Part shown: one piece after another, positions 10,078 through 20,355 of the stretch | How positions within the stretch are numbered: the first letter of the stretch is position 1 | Layout of the letters: each line of letters opens with the position of its first letter | Source: Patescibacteria group bacterium | GTDB taxonomy: Bacteria; Patescibacteriota; Patescibacteriia; Veblenbacterales; UBA10138 | Direction of reading: 5' to 3' | DNA: 64,000 bases | Assembly: GCA_041645215.1 (NCBI GenBank) | Contig: JBAZQK010000005.1 | Span: 23,562-87,561 of the forward strand | Program-made: the position numbers and the translations under genes | The notes under the pieces: generated by a model | Told to the model about the DNA's origin: nothing | Databases searched by the model: none | What the model saw: the letters and a program-made list of their open reading frames with translations, nothing else

Positions 10078-10300
10078 GTTAGTAAAGTTAAAAGTAAAAA
10101 ATCAAAAGTTAAAACTAGTGAAGGTTTTGCTTGCATCCCGCTCAGACGGAATAGTTACGATAAGCAACTAGCAGTTAAAATTTTTTAGTTTTGAGTTGTA
10201 GTTTTGACTTTTGCGATTTGAGTTTTGACCTGTTCTTTTATTTACTCTACCTTATTTTGACGGTTTGGCAAATTTGGTCTAACCGCCTTATACTGTATTT

Positions 10301-10756
10301 ATGATTAAAGTCGTGCTTGATACCAATGTGTTAATTAACGCCGACCGCGGCGAATTTAGTTACCCCAAACGGATTTTGGATTTGGTTTTGACTGGCCAGA
10401 TTAGGGCGATTATTACTCATCAAGTGCGACAAGAGAATCAATTGTTGGTTGAGCGGTTAATAAACGATGAACGACTTAAGCGGAGCATTATGAGTTATTT
10501 ATCTATGGCTACGGTAGTTAAGCCGGTTAAAGTTAAGGTTGAAATAGACGACCACGAAGATATTAAGTTATTGGCGGCGGTCATGGCAGGTGAGGCTGAT
10601 TGGCTGATTACTGATGACCGGCATTTGTTGGATGTTGGCCATATTAATAACAGTAAAATAGCAACTCCGGCTGATTTTTGGGCGTGGTGGCAAAATCAAG
10701 ATAGCCAGGCAGATAAAACTTGGCAAGAGTGGGCCAAAAATTTATTCCGCCATTAA
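10301..10756 (+). CDS. PIN-domain protein (putative ribonuclease / TA-toxin-like), orphan
   Basis: VLDTNVLI N-terminal acidic motif and a distal WLITDD motif typical of the PIN fold; no adjacent small antitoxin ORF seen. Confidence 0.6.
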   Translation: MIKVVLDTNVLINADRGEFSYPKRILDLVLTGQIRAIITHQVRQENQLLVERLINDERLKRSIMSYLSMATVVKPVKVKVEIDDHEDIKLLAAVMAGEADWLITDDRHLLDVGHINNSKIATPADFWAWWQNQDSQADKTWQEWAKNLFRH

Positions 10757-10773
10757 ACAAATCAGCGTTGTAG

Positions 10774-12585
10774 TTAGTTGGCTTCGTCCCGGGTCTGTCG
10801 GCGGGCGGCGGTTTCATCCAAAATAGTTTTGCGCAGGCGGATGTTTTGCGGCGTTACCTCTACCAATTCGTCGTCGCCGATATATTCCAAAGCGTCTTCC
10901 AAATCCATATCGCGAGGTTTGTCAAAATGTTCAGCCGAACCATCGCCTTTGGAGCGCATATTAGAAAGCTGTTTGGTTTTGCAAACGTTAACTCTTAAAT
11001 CGCCGCGTCGCGAGTGCTGGCCGACTATTTGACCTTGGTAGACTTTGAGGGCCGGTCCGACAAACAAAATACCTCGGTCCTGCACGTTTAACAGGCCATA
11101 GAGGTTAGTAATGCCGGCGGCGTAGGCTACCAGCGAGCCCTGTTCACGCTCGCGCCAGTTTCCCGGGTCAGGTTGAAAATCATAAAATAAACTATTCATA
11201 ATTCCCAAACCGCGAGTGTCAGTAATAAATTCGCTGCGGAATCCCAGCAGACCCTTAGTCGGAATAACAAATTCCAATGAGGCCAAGTTGTTGTCAATTT
11301 TCATTTCTTTCATTTCGCCCCGGCGAATGCCTAATTTTTGAATGACAATGCCGGCATAAGTTTCAGGAATCTCAATAAACACCTGTTCATAAGGCGTTAG
11401 AGTTACGCCATCAACGGTTTTGTTTATTACCTGGGGCCGTGAAACTTGCATTTCATAACCTTCGCGGCGGAGGCGTTCAATAAGAATCGCTAAATGTAAT
11501 TCGCCCCGACCCGATACCGTCCAGGCGGCCGCCTCAACTTCTTCCACGCGCAGGGCCACATCAGTTTCTAATTCCTTGAACAAGCGCTCCTTAATTTGTC
11601 GTGAAGTACAGTATTGGCCCTCTTGTCCGGCAAAGGGTGAATTGTTAACACTAACGGTAAGTTTTACGGTCGGTTCTTCAATTGTCAGTAACGGCAAGGC
11701 TTGAGGATTAGCCGGGTCGGCAATAGTTTCGCCAATAGTTATGTCTGGTATGCCGGCAATGGCCACAATATCGCCCGCCGTCGCCTCGGTGGTTTCAATT
11801 CGTTCCAGGCCGTTAAAAGTCATAAGCGAGAGCAGACGATAGGTGTCAAGTTCGCCGGCGCGATTAATATGGGCCACGGTTTGTCCGGCTTTTATAGTGC
11901 CGTGGAATATTCGGCCGGTCGCGATCCGTCCTTTAAAAGTATCAGCGCTTAGAGTGGTAACCAGCATTTGCAGCGGTTCGGCTGGATGGCCCGAGGGAGC
12001 CGGGACATTAGCCAGAATAGCTTCAAAAATCGGCGCGATGTCAGTCATTTTGCTTAAGTCGGCCGCGGTGCCGGCTAAGCCTTGCCGGGCCGAGGCGTAC
12101 ACCACCGGAAAGTCCAAGGAAGCGTCATCGGCTCCCAATTCAACAAATAAGTCAAAGGTTTTGTTAAGGGCTTCGTCTGGCCGGGCGTCGGCTTTGTCAA
12201 TTTTATTTATAACCACAATAATTTTAAGTTTCATTTCCAAGGCGCGGCGCAGGACAAAGCGGGTTTGCGGCATCGGCCCCTCTTTGGCGTCAATTAATAG
12301 TAAACAGCCATCGGCCAAAGTGAGCACTCGTTCCACCTCCCCGCCGAAGTCGGCATGTCCCGGCGTGTCAATAATATTAATTTTGGTGTCGTGCCATATA
12401 ACCGAGGCGTTTTTAGAAAAAATTGTAATACCACGTTCCTTTTCCAGTTCGTTGCTGTCCATAATTAAGTTGGTGTTCTGCAGTTCCTTGGTTAGTTTGG
12501 TGGCGGTTTGCCGCAACAAAGCATCCACTAGTGTGGTTTTGCCGTGGTCAACGTGCGCGATGATGGCTACATTCCGAATCTGCAT
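10774..12585 (-). CDS. typA: Translational GTPase TypA/BipA
   Basis: [24 protein letters not shown] ... DTPGHADFGGEVER; start taken at MQIRN (12585) rather than the longer ORF-track start. Confidence 0.9.
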   Translation of the reverse strand: MQIRNVAIIAHVDHGKTTLVDALLRQTATKLTKELQNTNLIMDSNELEKERGITIFSKNASVIWHDTKINIIDTPGHADFGGEVERVLTLADGCLLLIDAKEGPMPQTRFVLRRALEMKLKIIVVINKIDKADARPDEALNKTFDLFVELGADDASLDFPVVYASARQGLAGTAADLSKMTDIAPIFEAILANVPAPSGHPAEPLQMLVTTLSADTFKGRIATGRIFHGTIKAGQTVAHINRAGELDTYRLLSLMTFNGLERIETTEATAGDIVAIAGIPDITIGETIADPANPQALPLLTIEEPTVKLTVSVNNSPFAGQEGQYCTSRQIKERLFKELETDVALRVEEVEAAAWTVSGRGELHLAILIERLRREGYEMQVSRPQVINKTVDGVTLTPYEQVFIEIPETYAGIVIQKLGIRRGEMKEMKIDNNLASLEFVIPTKGLLGFRSEFITDTRGLGIMNSLFYDFQPDPGNWREREQGSLVAYAAGITNLYGLLNVQDRGILFVGPALKVYQGQIVGQHSRRGDLRVNVCKTKQLSNMRSKGDGSAEHFDKPRDMDLEDALEYIGDDELVEVTPQNIRLRKTILDETAARRQTRDEAN

Positions 12586-12931
12586 AATATTCTCTAGCTC
12601 CGAGTTACGCCATCCGCTGTGAGCGACTTGCCCCGCCAACGGCGGTGGCTTGCCCCGTGCCCTCCGACATTACGTCGGAGTGGTGCGGGGTGATGGCGAC
12701 GTTTGGGTATATTCATACGGAATATTTCTGAGCCTATTAGATGCTTTAATAAAAAATCCCCGTTGACGGGGTATTAAATTAATTAATACGATATGATAAT
12801 AGGCATTTTATAAGGTTTTGTCAATGGCAGTCAAGATAATTATGAAGATGAATCGAAGTTGATAATAATTTTTAGCAAATCAAAACCCCGTCCCGATGTA
12901 CATCGGGACGGGGTAGTTTAAAGTCTGTATT

Positions 12932-13291
12932 TTACCAACGACTGCCGCCGGAGTTACCGCCGCCAAAACCGCCGCGATTACCGCCGCCAAAACCGCCGCG
13001 TCCGCCGCCGCGATTAAACCCGCCGCTGCGCGGAGGCCGGTCGGCCAATGGTCGGGCCTCGGTGACCACGATAGTGCGACCTTCAAACTCTTTGCCATTG
13101 AACATTTCAACAGCCTTAGTCGCTTCGTCGTCGCTAGTCATTTCCACGAAACCAAAACCACGTGAACGGCCGGAAGCCCGGTCGATAACGATAGTGGCGG
13201 TTTCAACCGCGCCAGCTTGAGAAAAATAAGTCTTTAACGATTCATCGGTAGTGCCATAAGACAAGCCACCAACATATAACTTTTTCGCCAT
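12932..13291 (-). CDS. RRM-type glycine-rich RNA-binding protein
   Basis: RNP2 LYVGGL and RNP1 RGFGFVEM motifs; RGG/GGF-rich C-terminus; GC hairpin terminator at 12870-12905. Confidence 0.85.
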   Translation of the reverse strand: MAKKLYVGGLSYGTTDESLKTYFSQAGAVETATIVIDRASGRSRGFGFVEMTSDDEATKAVEMFNGKEFEGRTIVVTEARPLADRPPRSGGFNRGGGRGGFGGGNRGGFGGGNSGGSRW

Positions 13292-13569
13292 AGTATTTTC
13301 TTTCTAACCTAATAATAGTAGGTGTAAGGCGACCTTTTTCGCTTGACTTCTCTTTGCCTGCGGCCTTGTGGCAGCATTCACCTTGGGCACGGATTGACGT
13401 GATTGGGTTAGAAAGAAAACGGGCGAAGTTCACTTACATCTGGCTTTTATGCTACTTTATAAACCCGATTTTGTCAAGATAGCGATAATGATGCCATAAT
13501 TGAGCGTCAACGGGAAGTTAAAATGTTATTTGGAAATTTTATTTAGCCAAGATGCCATAATGGGTTTAA

Positions 13570-14967
13570 TTAGAATATTTTGGTTAGTAACAAGGACCAC
13601 AAAGTTATCGCGCTAAACACGCCAAAAAACAAAAATATCACCAGCATAATCAGGCGACGCCACCAGACCGGCTGGAGTACTTTTGGTAATAACTTACGGT
13701 TCATGAAATTAACCATGAAGATATGAACGAACATCGCCACGGCGTTAATAACCGCCCCGGTCACGATTAAAGTTTTTGGTTCATAAATATTAAGCAAGAA
13801 TAGAATGATACCAAAAGCGACTTGCGCCCACACAAAAGTAAAGTAAATTTTAGACAAATTAATTTCGCCGTGGCGGCCGATTTTTTTAAGCGCTAAATTT
13901 TCGGCCATAATCCGCGAGGTTGAATCCATAACTCCTAATTGGGTTTGCCACAGCATAATCGCCACCACTAGTAAAAACAAAACACCGATTAGCGGCAATA
14001 AAGTTTGGCCGATTATACGCCCCTCGTTAATGACAAAGTTAATACCTTGCGCGTTGCCGGGTAAGCCATAGGCGGTCGTGTAGCTAAGTACCATCAGCAA
14101 AAACATACCAACCAAACCTAAAAACCAAAAGACGAGCAAGTGTTCCAGATTGATTTTTTTCCACCAGGCTTTAAAGTTTTTTAGATTTTCTGCGGTCAGG
14201 TCAAAATCCTCGCCGCTTAGTTTAATAGTTTGTTTTTGTTTAAGGTTTTTAAACAGACCGGAAATTTTTTGGGCGTAATAACCCATGCCGTAGCCTTTTT
14301 CTTTAATATAAATTGATTGCGTAAGGTTAAGATTGCCGCCGGCGCCGGAGTAGGCGAAGGCCGCCAGGAAGGTGGCCAAGCTTAGGCCTTCCGGCAACCA
14401 GCGATAGCCTTGGCCAATCCCGATTAAGCCCTTGCCCAATTCCAGCCAATCAGTACCGCGACTTAAGATGACTGCTAATATAAAAATTAACGGCAAGCCG
14501 ATAAATATTATAGTGCGGGTTATTTTTTCCATTCGCTCATAAACCGTTTGCCCCGAACTAAGAATAAAGCCGATTAATATTAAGAATGTTATAGCTATCC
14601 ACTTAAAATTAGTGAGGCCCAGGAGACCGGCAAACACTTTGGCCGCCGCGGCAATGATTCCCGGCAAACCAAAACCTAAAAAAGTGGAAATTATAAACCA
14701 CCAGGCGGCCCACGGCCAGATTTTATTTAAACCTACAAACACGCTTTCACCCTTTACCAGCGCGTAGCGTTCAATTTCCATATTGATAAAGAATTGAAAG
14801 GTAATGCCCAATAGCGCCCCCCAGGCAATACCCAAACCAACATTGCTGGTTAAGTACGGCCACAGTATTACCTCACCCGAACCAAAACCCAGCGCCAGTA
14901 TGATAAAACTCGGGCCTAAGATTTTTTTAAGCGGTATGTTAGCCGGCGGAAAGGGTTTATTGGACAT
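13570..14967 (-). CDS. Polytopic membrane transporter, Nramp-like (divalent metal transporter family)
   Basis: About 11 TM segments; N-terminal GPSFIILALGFGSGEVILWP resembles the Nramp GPG/DPGN region; tentative. Confidence 0.45.
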   Translation of the reverse strand: MSNKPFPPANIPLKKILGPSFIILALGFGSGEVILWPYLTSNVGLGIAWGALLGITFQFFINMEIERYALVKGESVFVGLNKIWPWAAWWFIISTFLGFGLPGIIAAAAKVFAGLLGLTNFKWIAITFLILIGFILSSGQTVYERMEKITRTIIFIGLPLIFILAVILSRGTDWLELGKGLIGIGQGYRWLPEGLSLATFLAAFAYSGAGGNLNLTQSIYIKEKGYGMGYYAQKISGLFKNLKQKQTIKLSGEDFDLTAENLKNFKAWWKKINLEHLLVFWFLGLVGMFLLMVLSYTTAYGLPGNAQGINFVINEGRIIGQTLLPLIGVLFLLVVAIMLWQTQLGVMDSTSRIMAENLALKKIGRHGEINLSKIYFTFVWAQVAFGIILFLLNIYEPKTLIVTGAVINAVAMFVHIFMVNFMNRKLLPKVLQPVWWRRLIMLVIFLFFGVFSAITLWSLLLTKIF

Positions 14968-15197
14968 AAATTCGTAATTTAAATAAGAGTAGCCTGCTTT
15001 GTAGTAAATATGCTTTTTAAGTATATTAGCTAGATGCGACGGAGAACGTCGCGGGGGAAATATTACAAATAATCCCTTTGATTGGGGGTGATAGTGGAAT
15101 GATTTTTATGTAGTTTTTAAGCGTCACCCCGGCATTGGTGTATTCTTCGTCAGTATCAATTCGGGTGATTATTTCGTCAAAGTATAAATGATTCATA

Positions 15198-15593
15198 TTA
15201 CTTTGTTGGTCGCGGATATAACCACACCAGTACGCCGGTAAAAACAAATCCCAAAATTCCCTCAGTTACAGTTTGCACGGCTTTGTCCGGCGCGCCCAAG
15301 GCAGCAAAGTCAACTTTATAAATAATAAAAATACTAAACAGGCTGGCTATAAACGAGACGCCAATTATTACTTTTAAAATGTCTATATTTTTAACCGGGT
15401 CACGCGCCACAGTTAGGAGCAGGCTGGTTACAATAATAGCCGCTAGCGCAATAACCGAATCGTGGTAAGGGGTGTATAACCGGCCATCGTAAAAGGGGAA
15501 TATAGTTAACCCCCACCAGTGTGCCATGGCGCCGATTAAATAATACAGCGCCCCTAAGACTAAAACGATTTGCAGTAGTTTAAGTTTATTCAT
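15198..15593 (-). CDS. Small hypothetical membrane protein
   Basis: 131-aa ORF with four hydrophobic helices; no motif recognised. Confidence 0.35.
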   Translation of the reverse strand: MNKLKLLQIVLVLGALYYLIGAMAHWWGLTIFPFYDGRLYTPYHDSVIALAAIIVTSLLLTVARDPVKNIDILKVIIGVSFIASLFSIFIIYKVDFAALGAPDKAVQTVTEGILGFVFTGVLVWLYPRPTK

Positions 15594-15682
15594 ACAAGTA
15601 AGCTTATCACAAGATTGGTGATTATAAAAAAATCCCGCTGTGATTTAAGCGGGATTTTGTGGCCATGGGCCACAGGGGAAAA

Positions 15683-17293
15683 TTATTTTAGATAATAGTT
15701 TAACCGGCGCCAGAAGGCCGGATTTTTGTTGTAATCAATAGTACCGTGCATAAAATATTCAGTACCATCGGAAAATTTTAATTTGTTTTTTAACTTTATT
15801 AATTGGCCATTAGAAAATTCAACCATGAACAATGAATCAGGAAATTGTTTTAGCAATTTTACAGCCGGATTATCTTTTTCCAGGTTGATTTTCAATTTAC
15901 CGGTTGCGGTAACAAGATAAGTCGGATAAACACCGGCGGCTAACGTAGGGTAATCATCATTCGGCAGAATTGGTGTTTTGCTGGTTACACCGGCAATGGG
16001 ATAAGGCCCAATGTAAGAATCGTACCAGTAGGGTACTTGGCTTATGGGTAACGGCTTCCAGCCATTGGCCTGTAACATGTCAAAAGCTTTATTTAAGTAT
16101 TTGCCTTGACAGCTTTTGTCAGCCAATTCACCAATTTTTTTATTGAATTCTTTAAGCCAACAGATTATATCGTTGAACTCAATTTTTACCGGAAACGGTT
16201 TATTAATCAACTTTATTTGGAATAACCAACTAGTGAACAAATCTATGTTTAAACCATTTTCCTGTAAGAATAGCCAGAACATATAACCTTTGTTGTAAGC
16301 TGTTTCAAATTTACTATCGCAGAAAGGATTAAGACGCAGGTTATTGCAATTTTGAGCAAGTTTTGCTCGATAGGCCATTATTGACAGCCAGCCCGCAAAG
16401 TAATCTTGGGGTGTGTATTTCATAGCCAGAAAGGTCACCAATCCTTCAATTAAGGCGATAGAGTTAGAAGTATGAAAACGTCTGTCGCTCATGGCATATT
16501 CTTTGGCTCCAATTGAGCGTCCCCATAGACTGTGCATTACTTCGTGAAATACTCCTTGTTCCGCTAGGTTATGATAGTAAAAACTGGTTACTACATAAGG
16601 AGAGTTAAAATGTTCCAGCCCGAACATTGGTTCACTTATATAGTGAATCAGGCCGTATTTAGCTCCTCCGTAATTTTGCACTCTTTTATGCCAATAAGTT
16701 GGAGCTACTTGGCCAATGTTAGCTATGGCTTTATCAGTCGCCGCCATAACGTCGTTTAGTTTTGAATGGGTAAGACTGTCTTGCCAGCAATAAACCACGG
16801 TAATTGAATCCACTTTATTGAGTGCTGACGGTTTTATTTGGTATTTGTCTTTTTCCAAAAGATACATGGGAAATTCTCTGCCGGTATCATAATTGGGAAA
16901 GCATACCTTGGCTTGTTTACCCGTCCACATTTTTCCATACCAGAATAAATCAACCCCTTTTGGTATATTTACTGTTACCGAGAGTTTTTGGTTCATATTT
17001 TTGGGCACTGGTCCGGAGCTTATGTGAAAAATGATGGATTTTCCTATTTTGCCGGAACCTGATTCGCGTTTGAACGGAAATAACCTGGCTTGATATGTTT
17101 TGGACTTTACTTTTTTAAAAGTAAGAGATGTATCTATCCAATGGTTTCCGGTTGTGAATTGAGGAAACGCCACATTTTTTGTTGTCAATTTTACCGTAAC
17201 CGTATTATCAGTAAAACTGACAAGCATTCTGTTCTGACCGAAAATGTTTATTGCGGCCAAAACAATAAGACAAAACAATAATTTGCTTTTCAT
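15683..17293 (-). CDS. Secreted zinc metallopeptidase-like protein (HExxH)
   Basis: Signal-peptide-like N-terminus MKSKLLFCLIVLAAINIFG; HEVMHSLWG zincin motif. Confidence 0.5.
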   Translation of the reverse strand: MKSKLLFCLIVLAAINIFGQNRMLVSFTDNTVTVKLTTKNVAFPQFTTGNHWIDTSLTFKKVKSKTYQARLFPFKRESGSGKIGKSIIFHISSGPVPKNMNQKLSVTVNIPKGVDLFWYGKMWTGKQAKVCFPNYDTGREFPMYLLEKDKYQIKPSALNKVDSITVVYCWQDSLTHSKLNDVMAATDKAIANIGQVAPTYWHKRVQNYGGAKYGLIHYISEPMFGLEHFNSPYVVTSFYYHNLAEQGVFHEVMHSLWGRSIGAKEYAMSDRRFHTSNSIALIEGLVTFLAMKYTPQDYFAGWLSIMAYRAKLAQNCNNLRLNPFCDSKFETAYNKGYMFWLFLQENGLNIDLFTSWLFQIKLINKPFPVKIEFNDIICWLKEFNKKIGELADKSCQGKYLNKAFDMLQANGWKPLPISQVPYWYDSYIGPYPIAGVTSKTPILPNDDYPTLAAGVYPTYLVTATGKLKINLEKDNPAVKLLKQFPDSLFMVEFSNGQLIKLKNKLKFSDGTEYFMHGTIDYNKNPAFWRRLNYYLK

Positions 17294-17475
17294 TTTTTCT
17301 CCGAGTTTTTAAGGTTGTTTTTTGGTTTTAGTAACTGTGTATATTAATATTGATTTGTTTTGTTGTCAATACCGTGTCGCGGCATACCGGGCATTGACAT
17401 TTTGTATATATTGAACTATTATAACTTGCTAGTCTCAAATAAATAAATTCTAAAACAAAAATAAAGGGTGTTGTT

Positions 17476-17823
17476 ATGGCACAGATTACATTTAAAAACA
17501 AAAAAGGTATCTTTATATTGAAAATTGAGGGGGAGTTTACAGACTCAACTTCAACTAAAGAATTTAGTAATCAGGTGGAAAAATATGTTGAGGAGTGTAA
17601 AGATAAAAAAATCACTCCAAAAATAATTATTGATTTAGAAAAAGTTCATTTTATGAACGCCACTGGTTTAGGAGTGTTAATATGGGCTTTTACAAAAACT
17701 AAAAATTTGAATGGTAAAACAATTCTCGTAAATCCAAGTGAAAAAGTTGTTAGTTTGTTAACTATTACAAAACTGATTACCGTATTTACGGTTACCTCAA
17801 TGGAAGGGGCCTTAAAGATCTAA
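17476..17823 (+). CDS. STAS-domain protein (anti-sigma-factor antagonist family)
   Basis: HFMNATGLGVLI and KTILVNPSEKVVSLL match the SpoIIAA-like fold; TTGACA-17-TATTAT promoter at about 17394-17425. Confidence 0.65.
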   Translation: MAQITFKNKKGIFILKIEGEFTDSTSTKEFSNQVEKYVEECKDKKITPKIIIDLEKVHFMNATGLGVLIWAFTKTKNLNGKTILVNPSEKVVSLLTITKLITVFTVTSMEGALKI

Positions 17824-17988
17824 AAAAATAGTTTAAAATTTTCTCTGAATGTCCAGAAAGGGGTGATTAATTTGCCCCTTTTTAATTTGGTGAGCCTGTG
17901 TCTTTAGCGTAGCCGGGGGTGTTTAAAAAATTAAAACAATTTTGATTTTTATATAGAACAAGGATAAACTAAAGGCATTATAAGCAAT

Positions 17989-18996
17989 ATGAATCTTAAC
18001 CAAACAACGGGTTATTTGCCGGTGGTGGCCGCTTTGCTCGGAAATATTATAGTCATGGTGATAAAATTCCTGGCCGCCCTTTTTTCCGGTTCTGTGTCCA
18101 TGTTTTCCGAAGCGGTTCACAGCTTAGCCGATACTTTAAATCAGACTTTGCTGATAATAGGCTTGCGCCGTTCTTTAAAAAAGCCGGATGAAGTTTTTAC
18201 CTATGGCTATGGTTATGAACGTTTTTTCTGGGCTTTGATATCAGCCTGCGGCATTTTCTTTATTGGCGCCGGTATTACAATTTATCGCGGCGTAATGGCC
18301 TTGCTTGAGCCGAAAGAAATTATAGTTCAGCCTTTGGTATTTATAGTTTTGTTAATTGCTTTGGCGGTTGAATCCGTAACTTTTTTATTGGCGGCCCGGG
18401 AGTTAAAACGTCATTACCCCGATTTGTCTCGGTGGCAAAGATTGCGGGTAGGCGACCCCTCCACCTTGGCCGTTTTATTGGAAGATGGCTTGGCGATTTT
18501 GGGAGTTATGATCGCGACTACGGCCATCGGCCTGACCTATTTAACCGGCAGCTATGTTTGGGATGCCGTGGGTTCAATAATCATTGGTATATTCTTGGGA
18601 GTAGCGGCGGTTGTATTAATTATGAAAAACAAGGGTTACTTGATTGGTAAATCTATACCCGAATCTATGCAGGAGAAAATTATTGAATTGTTGGAAGCTG
18701 ATCCGGCGATTGAAAAAGTATTGAATTTTCAATCCAACGTGCTGGACGTGGGCATTTATCGCGTTAAGTGTGAAGTAGAATTTAACGGTTCAGTGTTATT
18801 GAAAGAGATTTATAAAAAAAGTTCTTTGCGCGCGCAGTATCAGGAAGTTAAAGACGATTATGAGGAGTTTAAAAGGTTTTGCGTGGATTATGCCGACCGC
18901 ATTCCGAGGTTAGTGGGCAAGAGAATTGATGATTTGGAAACCAAGTTAAAAAAAGATTATCCCGGTATAAAATATATTGATATTGAAATTAATTAA
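17989..18996 (+). CDS. Cation diffusion facilitator (CDF) family transporter
   Basis: FSEAVHSLADTLNQ signature with six TM helices and a C-terminal cytoplasmic domain. Confidence 0.8.
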   Translation: MNLNQTTGYLPVVAALLGNIIVMVIKFLAALFSGSVSMFSEAVHSLADTLNQTLLIIGLRRSLKKPDEVFTYGYGYERFFWALISACGIFFIGAGITIYRGVMALLEPKEIIVQPLVFIVLLIALAVESVTFLLAARELKRHYPDLSRWQRLRVGDPSTLAVLLEDGLAILGVMIATTAIGLTYLTGSYVWDAVGSIIIGIFLGVAAVVLIMKNKGYLIGKSIPESMQEKIIELLEADPAIEKVLNFQSNVLDVGIYRVKCEVEFNGSVLLKEIYKKSSLRAQYQEVKDDYEEFKRFCVDYADRIPRLVGKRIDDLETKLKKDYPGIKYIDIEIN

Positions 18997-19008
18997 AAAA
19001 TATTATTA

Positions 19009-19046
19009 ACAAACTCGTTCACCCGCAAAGGGTGAACGAGTTTGTT
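19009..19046. terminator. Bidirectional terminator hairpin between convergent genes
   Basis: aacaaactcgttcacccgcaaagggtgaacgagtttgtt perfect stem-loop. Confidence 0.6.
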
Positions 19047-19134
19047 ATGGCGGAAGGAGTGCCCACCTGCCGGTAGGCAGGGAATTCTTCCTCGCCCAGG
19101 CACATAGCCGGGGTGCGTCATTCCCAGCCGCGGT

Positions 19135-19635
19135 TTACTCTATTTTGATTATCTTACATTCAATGCTTTTGGCTGCTGACCGGTAGGTTAGGCTGTCGCC
19201 CACTTGGCACCCTATTAAGGCGGAACCAATAGGCGAGTGGTGAGAGATAACCCCCTGATTCGGATTGGTTTCGGCTGAACCGAGTATCAGGTAAGTTTTT
19301 TGTTTGTCGGCAATTTCAACAGTGACGTGGTGGCCAAGTTGCACCGTAGCGGCGTTCTTAGCTGGCGTAATTACCTTAGCGCTCTTTAACTGTTCTGCCA
19401 GCTCAATAATCCTTTGGTTTAGGTTACGCAAGCGCCCTTTGGCCAGGGCGTAGGCGGCATTTTCGGAAAAGTCGCCCATTTCCCCCAGCCGTTTCATTTC
19501 GGCGGCTACGCGCGGACGCTGGTATGTTTTTAGGCTTTCCAATTCGTGCTTAAGTTCAGCCAACTTTACCGCCGTCAGGTGCGGGTCGGGTTTAGCGTGA
19601 GTATACTTGCCTGACTTTCGTATGGGAATTTGCAT
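19135..19635 (-). CDS. greA: Transcription elongation factor GreA
   Basis: Coiled-coil N-terminal domain (LKHELESLKTYQRPRV...GDFSENAAY) and FKBP-like C-terminal domain. Confidence 0.85.
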   Translation of the reverse strand: MQIPIRKSGKYTHAKPDPHLTAVKLAELKHELESLKTYQRPRVAAEMKRLGEMGDFSENAAYALAKGRLRNLNQRIIELAEQLKSAKVITPAKNAATVQLGHHVTVEIADKQKTYLILGSAETNPNQGVISHHSPIGSALIGCQVGDSLTYRSAAKSIECKIIKIE

Positions 19636-19650
19636 TTGATTAGTCTGGAA

Positions 19651-20115
19651 TTATGAACCTAAGAGTTGTTGGTCCACCGGAGGATTGGAGAAATAGGCAC
19701 GAGCTGTACAATTCAACTCCATTAACTCAATCATCTCCATATCCGTTCGTGTGATCAGTTTAAATCCTGGGCGAGAAAGGCATTCCTTCTTAAAAGAGGG
19801 ATAGTCCGCGACAGTGAAATCAGCATCGCCTCGTTCTGGTTTTGTGGGGTCAGGAATACGAATTTTCAAAATTCGGAGTACACCCGCCACGGTTTCAAGG
19901 TCGGTTATGTGATACAATAGGCCAGAGTTCATCTCTTTCACAACCTTGCCAATAGTTTGGGTCGCTTCAATTAATTCTTTGTATTCGGTGTCTGACTGCG
20001 CGAAGATGCAAGCGTAGTTCACTGGGGCATTAGGTTCTAAGGTGTGCCTATCCTTTAGTGCTTTTGCCTGACTAACGATATCCTTCACGAGTTTCTTGAG
20101 TGTATTAGTATTCAT
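19651..20115 (-). CDS. Hypothetical protein
   Basis: 154-aa ORF; no motif recognised. Confidence 0.35.
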   Translation of the reverse strand: MNTNTLKKLVKDIVSQAKALKDRHTLEPNAPVNYACIFAQSDTEYKELIEATQTIGKVVKEMNSGLLYHITDLETVAGVLRILKIRIPDPTKPERGDADFTVADYPSFKKECLSRPGFKLITRTDMEMIELMELNCTARAYFSNPPVDQQLLGS

Positions 20116-20355
20116 ATTAAGGTAGGTGGGTTATGTCCGATAAAATTGTTATAGTGGTGTACTTGGGTTAAGTACTCAAAATATACAAATATTATAAAGC
20201 ATTTTAACGATTTGGTTAAACTGATTTTTCAAGCACTCAGATCGCTGTCTAATTTACAAAATGAGACAAGTGAGACACCACTTCAAAGAATTGGTTAAAA
20301 GTGATAGAATACAGAATATAAGAAGAAAAAAATTTGAAAATGATATCATAATTTT

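Noticed and set aside
11843-12622. 259-aa ORF antisense within typA (also 25051..25299, 26380..26793 in clp; 23841..24083 in comFC; 31405..33018 ORFs in the giant surface gene; 61503..62434 in fusA)
   Set aside because: Antisense ORFs embedded in well-supported conserved genes, of the kind that arise by chance in GC-rich coding sequence; no independent support.
15026-15247. 73-aa ORF overlapping the start of 15198..15593
   Set aside because: Overlaps the better-supported membrane-protein ORF in another frame and has no motif; likely spurious.
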